The translations under genes were made by a program, and so were the position numbers. DNA of 64,000 bases from Octopus vulgaris. Its lineage: Eukaryota. Below, piece by piece: positions 13,603-27,300 of this stretch. Every line of letters begins with the position of its first letter. Positions within the stretch are counted from its first letter, which is position 1. The stretch is from positions 3,410,001 through 3,474,000 of the forward strand of contig OX597829.1 of assembly GCA_951406725.2 (NCBI GenBank), given 5' to 3'. The notes beneath the pieces were generated by a model that made no database searches, was not told the origin of the DNA, and worked only from the letters and a program-made list of their open reading frames with translations.

Positions 13603-15405
13603 AGGGAAAGTTTACGAAAATAAACAAAAGACGAAGGCAGGTGGTGTAGAAACAAACAAATGTATTAGTATAGCGCTCAGGAATAGAAAAAGTCTTTTAC
13701 GTTTCGAGCCTATGCTCTTCTACAGAAAGATACACAGAAAAAAACAAGTAGAGAAAAAAATGTGTAGTAGCTAACGATCTTTGATGACATCTGACTCGGA
13801 CAGAATGGTCAGCGGCGAGAGGGACAGTAGGGGAGACAACAGGGTCAAGTGACTCCCAATACGAAGGAGCCCCCAACACAAAGGTGCATGTGTGTATAAG
13901 AGAGTATGTATGAGCGTGTGAAAGAGGGCTGGTGGTCTGGACGTGTGTGTGGGGATGGGTGGGTGTGTGATGTGTGTATGTATGTAGGTGTAAAGATGTG
14001 GTGATGTGGGTTGGGGTAGAGTGGTTGTGGGTAGGTAGAGGATGGGTTTAGAGGTGAGGTGTGTGGGGGTATGGGATAGGGTGAGGTACGTGGGGGAGGG
14101 GGGATTGGAAGGATAGGGAAGGTGGAGTAGGGGTGGGTGTGTTTATGGGGGAGAGAAGAGAGGGGTGATGAGGCGCGGGGGGAGTGAGGGAGAAGAGGGA
14201 AAGAGAGTAGGGGTGAAGTAGAAGTCGGGGAGGAGGTTAGATGAAAAGGTGGGGAGAGTTGAGCCTAAATGGCGTAAAAGCGAAGAGAAGATTAATCCCT
14301 GTTCACAGCGCAAGCGGGAGTCCGGATGGCTTCTGTGCAAGGACAATCCGAACACAGACAGGTGTTGCAAGGAGTGACCGGTGGAGCGGAACTGGCATGA
14401 GACTGGAATGCCATTGGCAAGGCGGATGTCTCGGAGGTGTTCCGCGAACCGTTCAGCCAAGCGGCGTCCCGTTTGTCCGATGTACAGGGAATGGCAGAGA
14501 GCAGGAGATGCAATAGATGATATTGCTGGAGGTGCAGGTGAAGGAGTTGATGATGGGTGCCGGTGAGGAGGGTGGTGTTGGAGAGGTAAGGGCAAGTGCG
14601 GCAGCGTGGGCGGGAGCAGGGGAACGAGCCAGGTTGGGAGGTAGGGTTGGGGAAGAAGATGTGGACCAAGAGGTCTTGTATGTTATGGGCTCATTTGAAG
14701 GAGGGTAGGGGTCGGTTAGGGAGGATGTGTAAAGTGGATGGGTCGGACTGGGGATGCCGGAAAGCTCGGAGAATGGTGTGTTGGAGAGATGGGGTGGTAA
14801 GTGAGAAGAAAAGGGAGGTGGAGACTGCAGGGCGGGTTCGGGAGGAGAGAGCAGATGCATGGTCTATAGAACGTGCTCTGGCAAGGACGGTGTGGATAGT
14901 GGTGAGGGGGGTATCTTCGTAGGATGAAGTGGCGAGCCATGAGTTGAGACTGAGTCTCAAAGTCATGTTCGTCACTACAGAGCCTGCGTAGACGGAGGAA
15001 TTGGGAATACGGGATGGAAAGCTTGGTGTGTTTAGGGTGGAAGGAGAAGTTTAGGTATGAGTGTGAGTCTGTGTGTTTATAGTGAATGGAGGTGGTAAGA
15101 GTGGAGTGATGAATGCTGACCGAAATGTCAAGAAAGGAGACACTGAGGTGTTGGAGATAGTGCAGTAGAAGTGGAGGGCAGGATGGAAGGATTTAACGAA
15201 AGAGAGGAAGGAATCTAGATGTTTGCGGGGACCAGTGAAACTAGAGAATATTTGGGCCTCAACATAGCCAACGAACAGGTTCGCATAGTTGGGGCCCATT
15301 TGTGTTCCCATGGCCACTCCCGAGACACTGTTGGTAGAACTAGCCCACGAATGAGAAGCAGTTAAGTGAAAGGACAAGGTCGAACGAGTGTGGAGGTGTC
15401 GGGTT
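13603..15405 (-). mobile_element. Decayed Penelope-like retroelement (RT fragment + GIY-YIG endonuclease + terminal repeat)
   Basis: Minus-strand fragments GVAMGTQMGPNYANLFVGYVE (PLE RT), CSRPRCRTCP and YIGQTGRRLAERFAEHLRDIR (GIY-YIG); frameshifted; 13603-13779 recurs solo at 30829-31000. Confidence 0.9.
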
Positions 15406-15989
15406 ATATACACATATATATTCCTAAGTCTTTCTAAAAGTGACTACAGCAGTGGTGCTGGATATTAATAGTTATCGCCAAGCTAACATAGCAGTCCAGG
15501 AACTTAGGACGAATGCTGCCTTAGATTTGCTCCAAACTACCGTTGCCTGTAGCTAGCTATGTGATACACGAATCTGTGTCCATTATAACCTTTGAACCAG
15601 GGATGTCAGCTGCTTCCCCTTGCTGGTCTGGCATCTACAGACTAGTTTCTATGTATTTACCCCCTATGAATGTAGAGCATCCGAACAATGTAGGCACCGT
15701 TACTGACCATCTGTTTGAAGGATTATTTATGCTAAAAGTACAGGGGCCTAAAGGAGAAAATCTTATAATGCTGATGCAGTGCGCCCTTCAGAGGTTATGC
15801 TTTTTTGTCCATGGCACAAAAGATTGTGCAGCAGCTGACCTGGCTACAACAAATACAAACAGGCATGGGATGTCTTCCCCTAACTCCTGCACAGTTGTCA
15901 TGCCAATATTTTTACTTAATATTGGGAGCCTGTTGCATCAGATTGAAGATTTCTTCACAAGAATTAAAGAAATCCTCAAGCAACTGGAA

Positions 15990-17495
15990 CACCATGTGAG
16001 CATGTTTCTTATGGATGATTTCAACTTCCCCAACATCAAATGGCCCGAAGGACTCATTGTAAACAAGCACAGGTGGAGTCCCTGCTCAACCTCACCAGTG
16101 CCCTATTCAAGGAGCAAGTTGTACTCTGACCAACTAGGGTGAATAACATTTTGGTTCTCTACTTCACAAACAATATAGACATCGTTCATGATGTGAAAGT
16201 GACGCTGACATTTGTCTCGGATCACAATATAATAGAGCTGTCTATGTTTGGGCCGAAAGTGTCCAGAGACACAGCCTAAAGGAAGCACCCGGAATCTCTC
16301 CAATCTGAACTTCCACAAAGCAGACTGGAAGAGATCTGCAACAGGACTAGCCAAAATGTCTCTCCACACCAGACATTGGCATGATACTAGAATATCTCAT
16401 GTCTGTTGTGCAAGCCATATACCAGGAATATGTCCCAGAGCACAAGGCCACGAGAAATAGGAACAAGATTCCAAGGGAGAGGAAGATCCTCATGAGATGA
16501 CGGACGAAGGTTGCAAATTGACTCAATGAACATCCCAAAAGTAAAAATTGGAAAATGCCTGCAACAATCCCATGTGAGGGAAAGAGCAGACAAAGAAGTC
16601 AAATCCAAAGCCTTCTTTCATTATGCAAAAGAAACAGCATCAGTACGCTACAAGATAGGATCTCTCTTCCAAAATGATGGCTCCCTCACAGACAGTCCAA
16701 CCAGGATCAGTGTGGTAATCAGTTCCAAAGTGTCTTTACCACCCTGTTGGAACACAGACAAGCGAATGAACCACGAATGATGACTTAGCTGGCTCACTTA
16801 TAACCAGCGAAGAAGATATACTACTAGCCATATATGAGGTGGATGCATGCCCTGGCAAAACTCCTCCAGATTCTCTTTTAGAGCTTTCTTGCAAATGGCA
16901 GACTGCCGAGCAAGCTGAAGGAGGGCATTATATGCCCAATCCATAAAGGGGGAAGCAGAGCAGATGCCAAAAACTATAGACCTATCTCTCTGACTTCACA
17001 CATCAGCAAAGTCATCGAACAGATCCTTGAAGAAAATAATTTGCTGAGTGATACCCAGTATGGCTTTCGACCAGATAGGAGCTGCCTGACCCAGCTCTTA
17101 CAACATTATGACTGGGTGTTGAGGCAGTTACTCAACAACTCAAACGTAGTATACCTTGATTTTGCAAAAGCTTTTGACAAAGTGGATCATGGCATGATAT
17201 GCCAAAAACTGCGGGATCTCGGCATAGCTGGAAAACATGGAGAGTAGTTACATGACTTTCTGATATATTCATATGTATATATTAGTGGCTAATGGAGCCA
17301 CCTCAATGAAAACACAAATAGTGAGCGGTGTTCCACAGGGCACTGTCTTGGGACCACTGCTTTTCATAGTGGCCCTGCCCTCAATTGACCGGATAGCTGT
17401 CTTTGCTAACTACGCTGATGATACGAAAGTCTCACAGAAAATACAGAACCCCAGTGATGGTGCACATCTGCAGCAGGATTTGGACTCAATTTACA
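15990..17495 (+). mobile_element. Decayed CR1/L2-group LINE ORF2 (endonuclease + RT fragments)
   Basis: DDFNFPNIKW, NYRPISLTSHISK, QYGFRPDRSCLTQLL, YLDFAKAFDKVDH, SGVPQGTVLGPLLF, YADDTK; many stops and deletions. Confidence 0.9.
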
Positions 17496-17539
17496 CTGCT
17501 CACTATTTGTGTTTTCATTGAGTATACATACTGCTAGTA

Positions 17540-17940
17540 TGTATATATAATTATATATTTATATGTATATATATTTATGTGTATACATATGTATATATCT
17601 GTGTATATATTCATATGTATATATTTATATATATTTATGTGTTGACATGTGTATATATTTGTATGTATATATATATAAATTTATGTATATGTATGTGTAT
17701 ATAATACACATATATATACGTATATGTATGTATATATATATACATGTATGTATACATATATGTATATGTACGTATGTAGATGCATGTACATGTGTATATA
17801 TGTATGTATATGCATATATATGTGTATATGTATTTATGTGTATATATGTATATATATGCATATGTATATATATATGTATATGCATATGTATATATGTATA
17901 TGCATATATATATATATATTTACATAAAGATGTATATGCA
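17540..17940. repeat. Compound (TA/TG/CA)n microsatellite field; similar fields ~10080-10310, 10640-10890, 12450-12640, 13410-13600, 30575-30680
   Basis: Direct reading; source of the spurious YI/CV/HT-rich ORFs. Confidence 0.95.
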
Positions 17941-18060
17941 TGGAGCTCTCTCGATGCCCTGCCAATATACACATATATTAGAATTTTCTCTGATTTCTCA
18001 GATTTTTGTATGCTGGACTACTGGTCTTAAATTGATATTAATATTAATTTATCTCCCTCA

Positions 18061-18108
<48 letters not shown>

Positions 18109-18120
18109 ATATGTATGTAT

Positions 18121-18320
18121 ATATATATTTATATTAGAAGGTTTGGAGGTGATATATATTTATATACATATATATAATAAAATATATATATTTATATTAG
18201 AAGGTTTGGAGGTGATATATATTTATATACATATATATATAATAAAATATATATATTTATATTAGAAGGTTTGGAGGTGATGTATATTTATATACATGTA
18301 TACATATATATATAATAAAA
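18121..18320 (+). repeat. ~58-bp minisatellite x3 (core tattagaaggtttggaggtgat)
   Basis: Direct reading. Confidence 0.9.
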
Positions 18321-19331
18321 GCTCTAAGAATTCATCTGGTCAGTTGCCTGCTCTTCGTTGCCAACTTTGCAACATGCACATGGAAGGGTGCATCATTACT
18401 CATGTAAATGTCCAGGTCTCGCACTGACTGTGTCTCTGGGATTGCAGTCCCTCCAGGCCCAATGTATTTAATTAGTATTGCATTTTGTTTTGCATGCTGA
18501 TAGCGCAAGGTTTAAAACTTTTCAGCATTAAACTATGCGTATATTTGATCCAACTCACATTGCAGGTGCATAGCATCTTTAGGGTAAATGTGTATGTATG
18601 TATGTATGTATGTGTGTGTGTGTGTGTATATATATGTACATATAGATATAGATACATGTACTTATAGATATAGATACATATATATATATACACACATACG
18701 CATTTACCCTAAAGATGCTATATATCTATATATAGCATATTCGCGTTGGTCAATTTAGCCTTTCTTCCTTTCAGGGTTGCTGAAATAAATACCAATTGTG
18801 CATTAGTGTCAGTGCAGCAGATTAGTGCCACTCCTGCCCCCAATTCAGACAGTGTGCTTATTGTAAAGATATTCATCCCTTTGCCCCCTCCCCCCAATTC
18901 AGTTCACTGCTTGCTTCTACTCACCTCATATCTTGAGGGTTTTATTTTAACATCTTATCACTACTTTTTTAAATCTCTTCTTTGTTTCTACCTTGGTGAC
19001 TCCCACCTTCTTTTCTCTGTGAGTAGCTATGTAGTTCTACAGCAAGAAACTTGTTCTGTTCTGTCCCATTCTTTTCATACTATAATCTCCTTGTCTGTAG
19101 TCCCTGTAAGTCAAAGCAGATCTTGGTTCCTCACTAGGATTGGTATCATGAATAATAAAGCACCCAGTTTGTACTGTAAAGTAACTTGCATTGGGAAGTA
19201 AAGTAACTTGCAACCAGAGAAGCAGTTCCAAAGCAGACAGACATTGATTTACAACATTGTTCTCAGGCTTGTCAGTCATGTGTAACTGTCCAAACCATGC
19301 CTGGATTGAACATGGATGTTAAAAGATGTTT

Positions 19332-19725
19332 CATCATCATCATCATCGTTTAACGTCCGTTCTCCATGCTAGCATGGGTTGGACGGTTCGACCGGGGATC
19401 TGGGAAGCCAGAAGGCTGCACCAGGCTCCAGTCTTATCTGGCAGTGTTTCTACAGCTGGATGCCCTTCCTAACGCCAACCACTCCGTGAGTGTAGTGGGT
19501 GCTTTTTACGTGCCACCTGCACAGGTGCCAGGCGAGGCTGGCAACGGCCACGGTCGGATTGGTGTATTTTATGTGCCACCGGCACAGAAGCCAGACGAGG
19601 CGGTGCTGGCATCGGCCACGAGTCGGATGGTGCTTTTTACGTACCACCAGACCAGGGATCCTGGCTGGTTCAATTCGATTTCGATTTTGCTTGCCCCAAC
19701 ATGTCTTCGCAAGCAAGGGGGTTGG
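19332..19725 (-). mobile_element. Dispersed retroposon (RTE-tail-like) with (GAT)n tail; related copies ~7155-7465, 21320-21540, 29236-29520, 53050-53220, 62115-62290
   Basis: Recurrent catcatcatcgtttaacgtccg..ccatgctagcatgggttggacgg..ctggatgcccttcctaacgccaacc block. Confidence 0.8.
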
Positions 19726-21026
19726 CATATATATATATATATATATATATATACCAGAGTAAGCACATAAATGTGAAACAAGGTGGAAAAAAAGAGTACT
19801 CAAATACCAGAGGTAGAGTAATATGCTTTATTTTAAGCAGCAGAAATATAACAAAAGCTGTTACTCGGAGTTTCACGTTCCTGTTCACCGGACAGTTTAA
19901 CAAAATAGTTTTATTTTTTAAAATGTGTGTGTGTACATATAAAAACATGTGTAAATGTTTATTTTATGGACATTAGTATGTGTTAGAATGAAGGTATGTG
20001 TGAGCATAGGTGGTAGCTTTCTGAACACCTGCAAAAGGTAGCCATGATTGCCACATTTGGCAAAAGAGTGTTGGTCTCTAGTAGGACTGTTTTAAGAGAA
20101 CAATCAAGTGATGGCATTGCTCAAAATACAAGTTGAAGCCACCAGAGGTGTGTGTGTGTGTGTGTAAGTGAGTATTAGTTTATGTCCATTATACACAATT
20201 TGAAGCAGCATATAGTTAAAATAGCCATCTATGTATTATATGTAATGTGTACACATAGATGACGGGCCAGATCCATAAGAGTATCTGGCTTACAGACAGT
20301 ATACATTATGTATGATATATAGACAGCTGTTTTATGCATAGGCGTATATACACTATGCCTGATTCTTTTTCCCTTCCACTCCTGCAGTTAGCCCAACTAC
20401 ATGTAGCTCTCTTACCCTCACCTTGTCAACTGTATCATCATTACTATCATGTTTCTCCTCTCCTCTGTATCCTTTTACCTTTGCCATCTTAGGCATCAAT
20501 CCCATTCTCTACTTACAGTGTATTCTGTAGTTGTTGCCTACCTCCACCTGCATTCCTCCCATCTCTTGCTCCCTTATATACTTTGGATTCCTACACTTCT
20601 GATTTGTTTGTTCCTCCTTGTTTCTACTCACCTTGTACCCTGAGAGGTCCTGTGGTGACCCCATCACCACTATTTGTATCTTCATAGATGAATTATGATC
20701 ATTTTCACTCTCTCTAAATGTGAGTAGCCATGTGGCTACTCTACAACAAGCTACGCCACCCCCTTCTCTCATACTTTAACCCCCTCAGCTTTTAGCATAA
20801 AGCTGACCACCACCTTACCTCCTAGTTAGTAGTTTTGCCAGCTACATGCTGACTAATGGCATGAAAAGGCTGTAAAGTGGTTGGCATCAGGAAGAGCATC
20901 CATACTTAGAAATCGTGATAAAGCTGGCACTTGTGTACAATGCAGTCGTTGTACCCAATGGATCCTGTTAAACTGTCCAACCTATGCCAGTATGAAACAT
21001 GAATATTAAATATGTATAAAAATGTT

Positions 21027-21077
<51 letters not shown>

Positions 21078-21278
21078 ACCGACCAGTCCATCAGATGTAG
21101 TTACACATCGCTGGTCACAATGTGTTCGCATTGTTTTAGCCTTCGAATGACGCCACCCCGCTGGTTAAGCGAGCAGGCCAACAGAAGAAAGAGTGGTGAA
21201 AGAGTACAGCAGGGATCACCCCCCCCTGCCGGAGCCTCGTGGAGCTTTTAGGTGTTTTCGCTCAATAAACACTCACAA

Positions 21279-21315
<37 letters not shown>

Positions 21316-24300
21316 CAAAGCACTATTGCTGGTGCCACATAAAAAGCACCACCTGTGCTGGTGCCACCACATAGAAAGCACCCACTACACTCTGTAAAAT
21401 GATTGGTGTTTAAAAGTGCATCCAGTTGTAGAAACCATGCTAAAATAAACTGCTGGAGTCTGGTGCAGCTCATTGGCATGCCAGCTCCTGTCAAACTGTC
21501 CAACCCATGCCAGCATGAAAAATGGATTTTAAATTATGATGTGTGTGTGTGTGTATATATAAAGTGCAGGACATAGGTAGTAGATATTTGTGATGAGTAT
21601 GTACATAATCAGCACAGGAATTATGAGAATAGATTGTATGGGATGTGAGGCTTTAGAATGGACTATAGGTGGGTGGTGAAATTTATCTGGAGACTACAGG
21701 ATAGACATAGAAGTTTGGTGGTTGCAAGTGGGAGGGAAAAAAAATGACATAAGAGGTGTGTATATTAAGCCTTGGGGAAAATGGATCTTCTGCAATACCA
21801 GATATCACCAGTCAACATGATCTAATCCTCTCCCCATGTAACATCTCTGTCATTTTTCTCCATCTCGTCCTAAGTCTGCTTTGGTCTCCCACTTCTAGAT
21901 GTACTGTTCACTTAGAGTCCTCAGCACTGTTGATGCAAATGTTATCGTCTGTTCACATCAGATTAATGCAGTCCCCTCTTTTGCTTACTACAAATGGTTC
22001 TTATACCCGGTTTATCTTTCAATTTATTTAGACTTCCTTCATCATTCATGAACATAGCATGTCCAGCAAATCTTGTTCACTGGTTTTTTTGTAAACCTTC
22101 CCATGTATCACTGCTGTGCAGTAGCACACTTCTCACTCACACACGAGCATCATGCAATCTGCTTTGGTCTCGAGGAATAATCATTTAATATCCATGTTCA
22201 CTGCTGGTATGGGTCAGATGGTTTGACTGGATTCGATAGGTTCAAGGACTGCACCATGCTCCAATGTCTGCTTTGTCATGGTTTCTGCAACTTGACATTC
22301 TTTTCCAATGCCAATCACTTTACAGTATTGTATTGACTTGCAGCTTGCAAGAGATCAAATCCTGAAGATGCAGCTTTATCCTTGGGGTTGGAGCAGAACT
22401 AGCCTCTTGCTGTAGAAGAGCTACATCACTACTCATATTTTAGAAGAGGAGTTTGGGAAAATGATTAGTTGGAGCTGGAATGGTTAGAGGGGATATCTGG
22501 ACGGACCTTCAAAGTATGAGAGGAGTAGGACAGAGGAACATGGTTACCCACTGTATCATATAAGGGTGGGAGGTGGTGACAGGGTTTCATAGCATGTCCT
22601 AAAGAGGTGAATAGAAGAGGGAATAGGGATAAGATCTGGAAGAGCGACATGATTAGAAGTGAAATACAGTTAAGGATGAACAAAGAGGTATAATTGATTG
22701 TAAATATGTTTAGGGTGAAGGTAAAAGAAATAGAAGTGGGAAACAGATGATCTGTGGAGTGGATGGATAAAGGAATGTGGGGAGAGAAAGAGTGACAGAT
22801 ATGGCAGTCAGAAGTATATAGGAGTGATTATAGTGAGTGACAAAGTTGGGATGTGCCGTTGATAGCAGATGTGAGAGTGCATTAAGAATGAAGTACGGTA
22901 GTCATAAAATGTAGCTCAGGAAAGGGAGAGATTGCTGGTGGCACAGAAAAAGTGGTTAGTGATGACAGTGAAAATAAAAAATATCAAAAGGAAGTGGTTC
23001 TAGGGATAAGGATAACTGGTTGTGCTAAAAGGGATGAAATATGCTCGCTGTTTACATGAAAATGTATCACTAGGTTCACTATTAATTCTGGGTCAGAACA
23101 ATTTGTCACTTGTTACATTGACCCTATTGACCTGCCAATGGTACCAATTTTTAACCCTTACCAAAGGCTCTATGTTTCAACTTAAGTATAGTAACCAAAG
23201 AGTTGAGCAGTGTTTCTTGTTATCTATTGCAGGAAATTCAAAGACCTTTTATACCTTTATAAACTGAGAAAAAATAGTACCTTCATTATTTCAGGTTAAT
23301 CTTTTATTATTATGATTTCACTATTCTGTACACTACTAAGAACCTTTTATTCCTTCATATATATCTTTGTGTGTATATATATTGCTCCTCAATCTTGTCA
23401 GTCACATGTTGCTCTCTGGTTCCTCTCAATCACTCTTCTAAACTGACTAGTTATATAGCTCCTGTACAGAAGAAACTTGTTCTGCTTTGGCCCCTTCTCA
23501 TGCTTTTATCCATCCTGTGCCCCTCATCTCCTAGCATGAATTTGGCTCCCCTCCCCTGTTCATGGTCTTGCAAACTACATGATGGCCTCACTAATGGTGG
23601 TGGCATGAAAAATGCACTCTGTGCACACTAGAATGTGGTTAGTGTAAAGAAGGCATCCAACCATAGAAACCAGACCAAACACAGACAAAGGAGTGTGATT
23701 CAGTTCTTGAGCTCCTGTCAAACCATCCAACTCATGGCAGCATATAACATGAATGGTATACATAAATGCTAATTTTACACACACACACATAGAGCATCAT
23801 GCAATCTGCTTTTCTGAGAAAGATAATCCTTTTGTTACAGATAATAGCTTCCTGATCTTTCTCTGGTCACTATACTTTCAGAGTACTCATTCCCATTGCT
23901 AATTAGATCGCTTAGTTAACAAAATGTATGAACTACAAAGTGGCAGAGCATGAGATAGAATGTTTTGTTTGTATTCTCTGCATTCTGAGTTCAAATCCTG
24001 CCAAAGTCAACGTTTCTTTTCATCTGCTTGGTGTCGATAAAACAAAAAAAATACCAATCCAAGCCAGTGGATTTATGGAATTATTGGAGCTTCAGGCTGG
24101 ATGCCTTGTGATATTTGTTCTGAGTTTAAATCCCACCATGTCCTTCTTGGGTGGTGGACCTAACCTGTTTCCTGTTTTAACACCACCACTTGGCATCTTG
24201 CATGACTTTAGTGGAGTCAATTCCATTGGAAGCATACAGGCCAGATTACCAATTTGAAGATACGTTCCTTCTTCCCACCAGTCTTTGAATCCCTATCATG

Positions 24301-27300
24301 AATTGTGGATACAGCCTTAGCTATTGACAAAAAATAAAAAGCCATTTGGGCATTAGATTGAATCTATTTTGCATGTGCTTGCTTCTTCTACTTGCTAAAT
24401 TTGGAACCTACAATTTTTGTTTGCTTTCCATGATCCTGCTGTAACATTTGTGTTCAGAGTTCATACCTACTCCCTTTTCAACATATCAAACATGGCTGTT
24501 TCCCTAATGGGAGATCTTGTTTTTTTGAATTCATTTTGAGGCCACTTGATTTCAAGTTTTGTTTCCTATGTCTGGAGTTTTTTTCCCTAATGTAAACTAC
24601 TGATTCAGCTATAAGAACTGATTAATCAGCATAAAGTTCTCATTTTGGCTTTGAGCTTTGTAATGAGCAGAAGTGGGGCCTAGGACTGAGATCTGATGCA
24701 ACTTCCCTCCCCTCTTTACATGTACAGATCTCGCATGACATTCATCAACTCTTAAGCTTCCTCACTGATTACCAGATAACAGAAAATGAGAGTCTGTCAA
24801 AGTCCTTCTAAATAGCCAAATGCTTGGTAAAAGAAATTATTCTTGGCTAGATACTTCTGTAAGTATCTCATGAATAAGATGGAATTAGTAGTACTTCCTG
24901 ATACATATCCCAACTACATATCTTCTTATTTCTATTAAATTGCTCTGTAATGCTTTCTATAACTTTATAACCCGGACTAATACTTTATCCTTCTAGAGTT
25001 TCTTTTTTCTTTTAGTGCATTACCTTTGTCCTTGTAAAAGTTGATAAAAATGCTGTTTTGCCTGTCATTGGGTACAACAGTCTTGTACTACTTGATGTAC
25101 TGTTTGACTTGTCCAGTTCTGCTCTTTCTTTACAATATTTCTGTAGAGATGTTTTTCCATTGTTTGAATTAATTTTGATAATTAATTTAGTAAAAAAAAA
25201 AAGTATTTGGTTGGTCTTTAGGAGGTGTGATATATTGGGATTGAACTTGGAGCCATGTGGTTGGGAAGCAAACTTCTTAACTCCACATCCATACCTACAC
25301 TTAATCTATATGAGAGAAAGAGATAGTTGTGTATGAAATTTATACTTATTTTATTAAAATCACAATTGGATTTTTACAATTACTTGTGCTAAGGTGGCAT
25401 GCTGGCAGAATTGTTACTACATCAGGTTAAATGCATAGCTGTATTTCGTTTGTCTTTATGTTCTGAGTTCAAATTCCACCAAGGTCAACTTTGCTTTATA
25501 TCCTTTTAGGGTCAATAAAATAAGGATCAGTTGAGCACTGAGGTTGATGTAATCAATTTAGCCTGTCTCCTAAATTGCTGGCCTTCTGCCAAAATTTGAA
25601 ACCAAAAGAACCCCAGTAACAACACTGTTTCTTTAAGATTAACAGTTTTGTCATTATATCACTGACTTGCATCATGTAGACAATTTAGTCACGCAATTCA
25701 AAGTTTTTTCTTTTTTATGAGGTCGTATTCAGAATGAAAATTGTTGATTCATTTCGACAGAGTTTAGTCATGTTATAAACAGTTGCTTAAGGCGTGTCAG
25801 TAAAGTGCAATATCTATCTGTTGGTACAACCACCACTGCCATGCTTTGCTTTTGCAGTTGTCACTGTCATTACAGCTACATGCAACTGAGATAACAGTTG
25901 CAAATATTAGTGAGTCATTACAATCACTACTGATTCTGTGTGTGTGTGTGTGTGTGTGTTCCTGTGTCACTGCATGACACCTTGGGCAAGTGTTTTCTAT
26001 CTAGCCTTGAGCTGACCAATGCCTTGTGAGTGAATATGGTAGACAGAAGCTTAAAGAAGCCCATCATTTATGTGTATGTATGTGTCTTTTCTATTCCTTT
26101 TTCTCACTCTCCTAATGCTTTTCTTTTGTGGAGGACCAACATCTGAAATATTAAAACTCCCCTTTTTCAAGTTCTAAGCTAATACAGTATTTGTTAGACC
26201 TTGATTATTTTTATTGCTCACTACAGTGTGTGTGGGTGTGTATATAAATATGAGAGAGAGAGAGTGCAGGTGTTGATATAGTGTGTATCATGGCACTCCG
26301 TTGGTTATGATGACGAGGGTTCCACTTGATCCGATCAATGGAACAGCCTCATGGTGTTTTAGGTGTTTTCGCTCATTAAACACAAGGCCTGGTCTGGGAA
26401 TTGAAACCACGATCCTACGACCACAAGTCTACTGCCTTAACTACCCATCGCTTGACAACTGGTTTTGCTCTGTTTACATTCTCATTAATTGATTCAAGGA
26501 AAGAGAATGAGAGAATATGTATCAGACTTCAATCAATATTCAGATTGATTTGTTTGATTAAAACTTATGATGCCCTGGCATGGTTTGCAATCCAGTGACT
26601 GAAACAAATGAAGATAAAAATGTGTGTGTGTATTTGGTATGTATGTATATAAATAAATGTGTAATTTATATCGCTGAATATCTAGATCAGTGCTTCTCAA
26701 CTGAGGTCTGTATGACTCTTGGGGGAAATTCATATAAGATTTTGTTAAAAATTATGTGCAATAAATTGGTTATTCTTCTGCAATACACAGAAAACCCATG
26801 CCGGCATGGACTAACAATGTTAAATGATGATAATGATGAATAATCTCCTAATATAATAATAAGCCTATAATAAGTCTTTTTATATATTTGTGTGTGTGTG
26901 TGTATATATATATATTTGTTCAGAATCATATCAGATGCGGAGAAGAAGAGAAAATAGTGATTCAGTGAAGGAGAAGTAGTGAGAGTAATAACCCTAACTG
27001 AAAGGGAGTGAGAGAAAGATTAACGTGTGTGTATACAAGGGAAGAATGTTTGTATGTGTGATTTATTTTGTACCTTATTTATATATAAAATACTACAATT
27101 AGCCATCATTATTTGATGGTATGTAGTCAGCTAGTTCCTAATAGTATTTGATTATAAATGAAATAGGATTTTTAAAACATTGAATGGTTGTAAGTATCCA
27201 CTTGAGTAAAATAGAAATCAAAGTGGTCCATAGGTAAAGAATAGTTGAAAACCACTGATTTAGATAGTAACTTTATATATTGAGAGTATAATGTAGGAAA

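Noticed and set aside
15543-16142. 199-aa ORF as an independent gene
   Set aside because: Its 3' part is LINE endonuclease (DDFNFPNIKW) and it is contiguous with the decayed LINE.
17563-18265. Numerous ORFs rich in YI/CV/HT dipeptides here and across the window
   Set aside because: They are translations of (TA)n/(TG)n/(CA)n microsatellites, not genes.
18121-18320. Regularly spaced 22-bp core repeats superficially like a CRISPR array
   Set aside because: Spacers are near-identical TA-rich sequence, the context is eukaryotic and there are no cas genes; it is a minisatellite.
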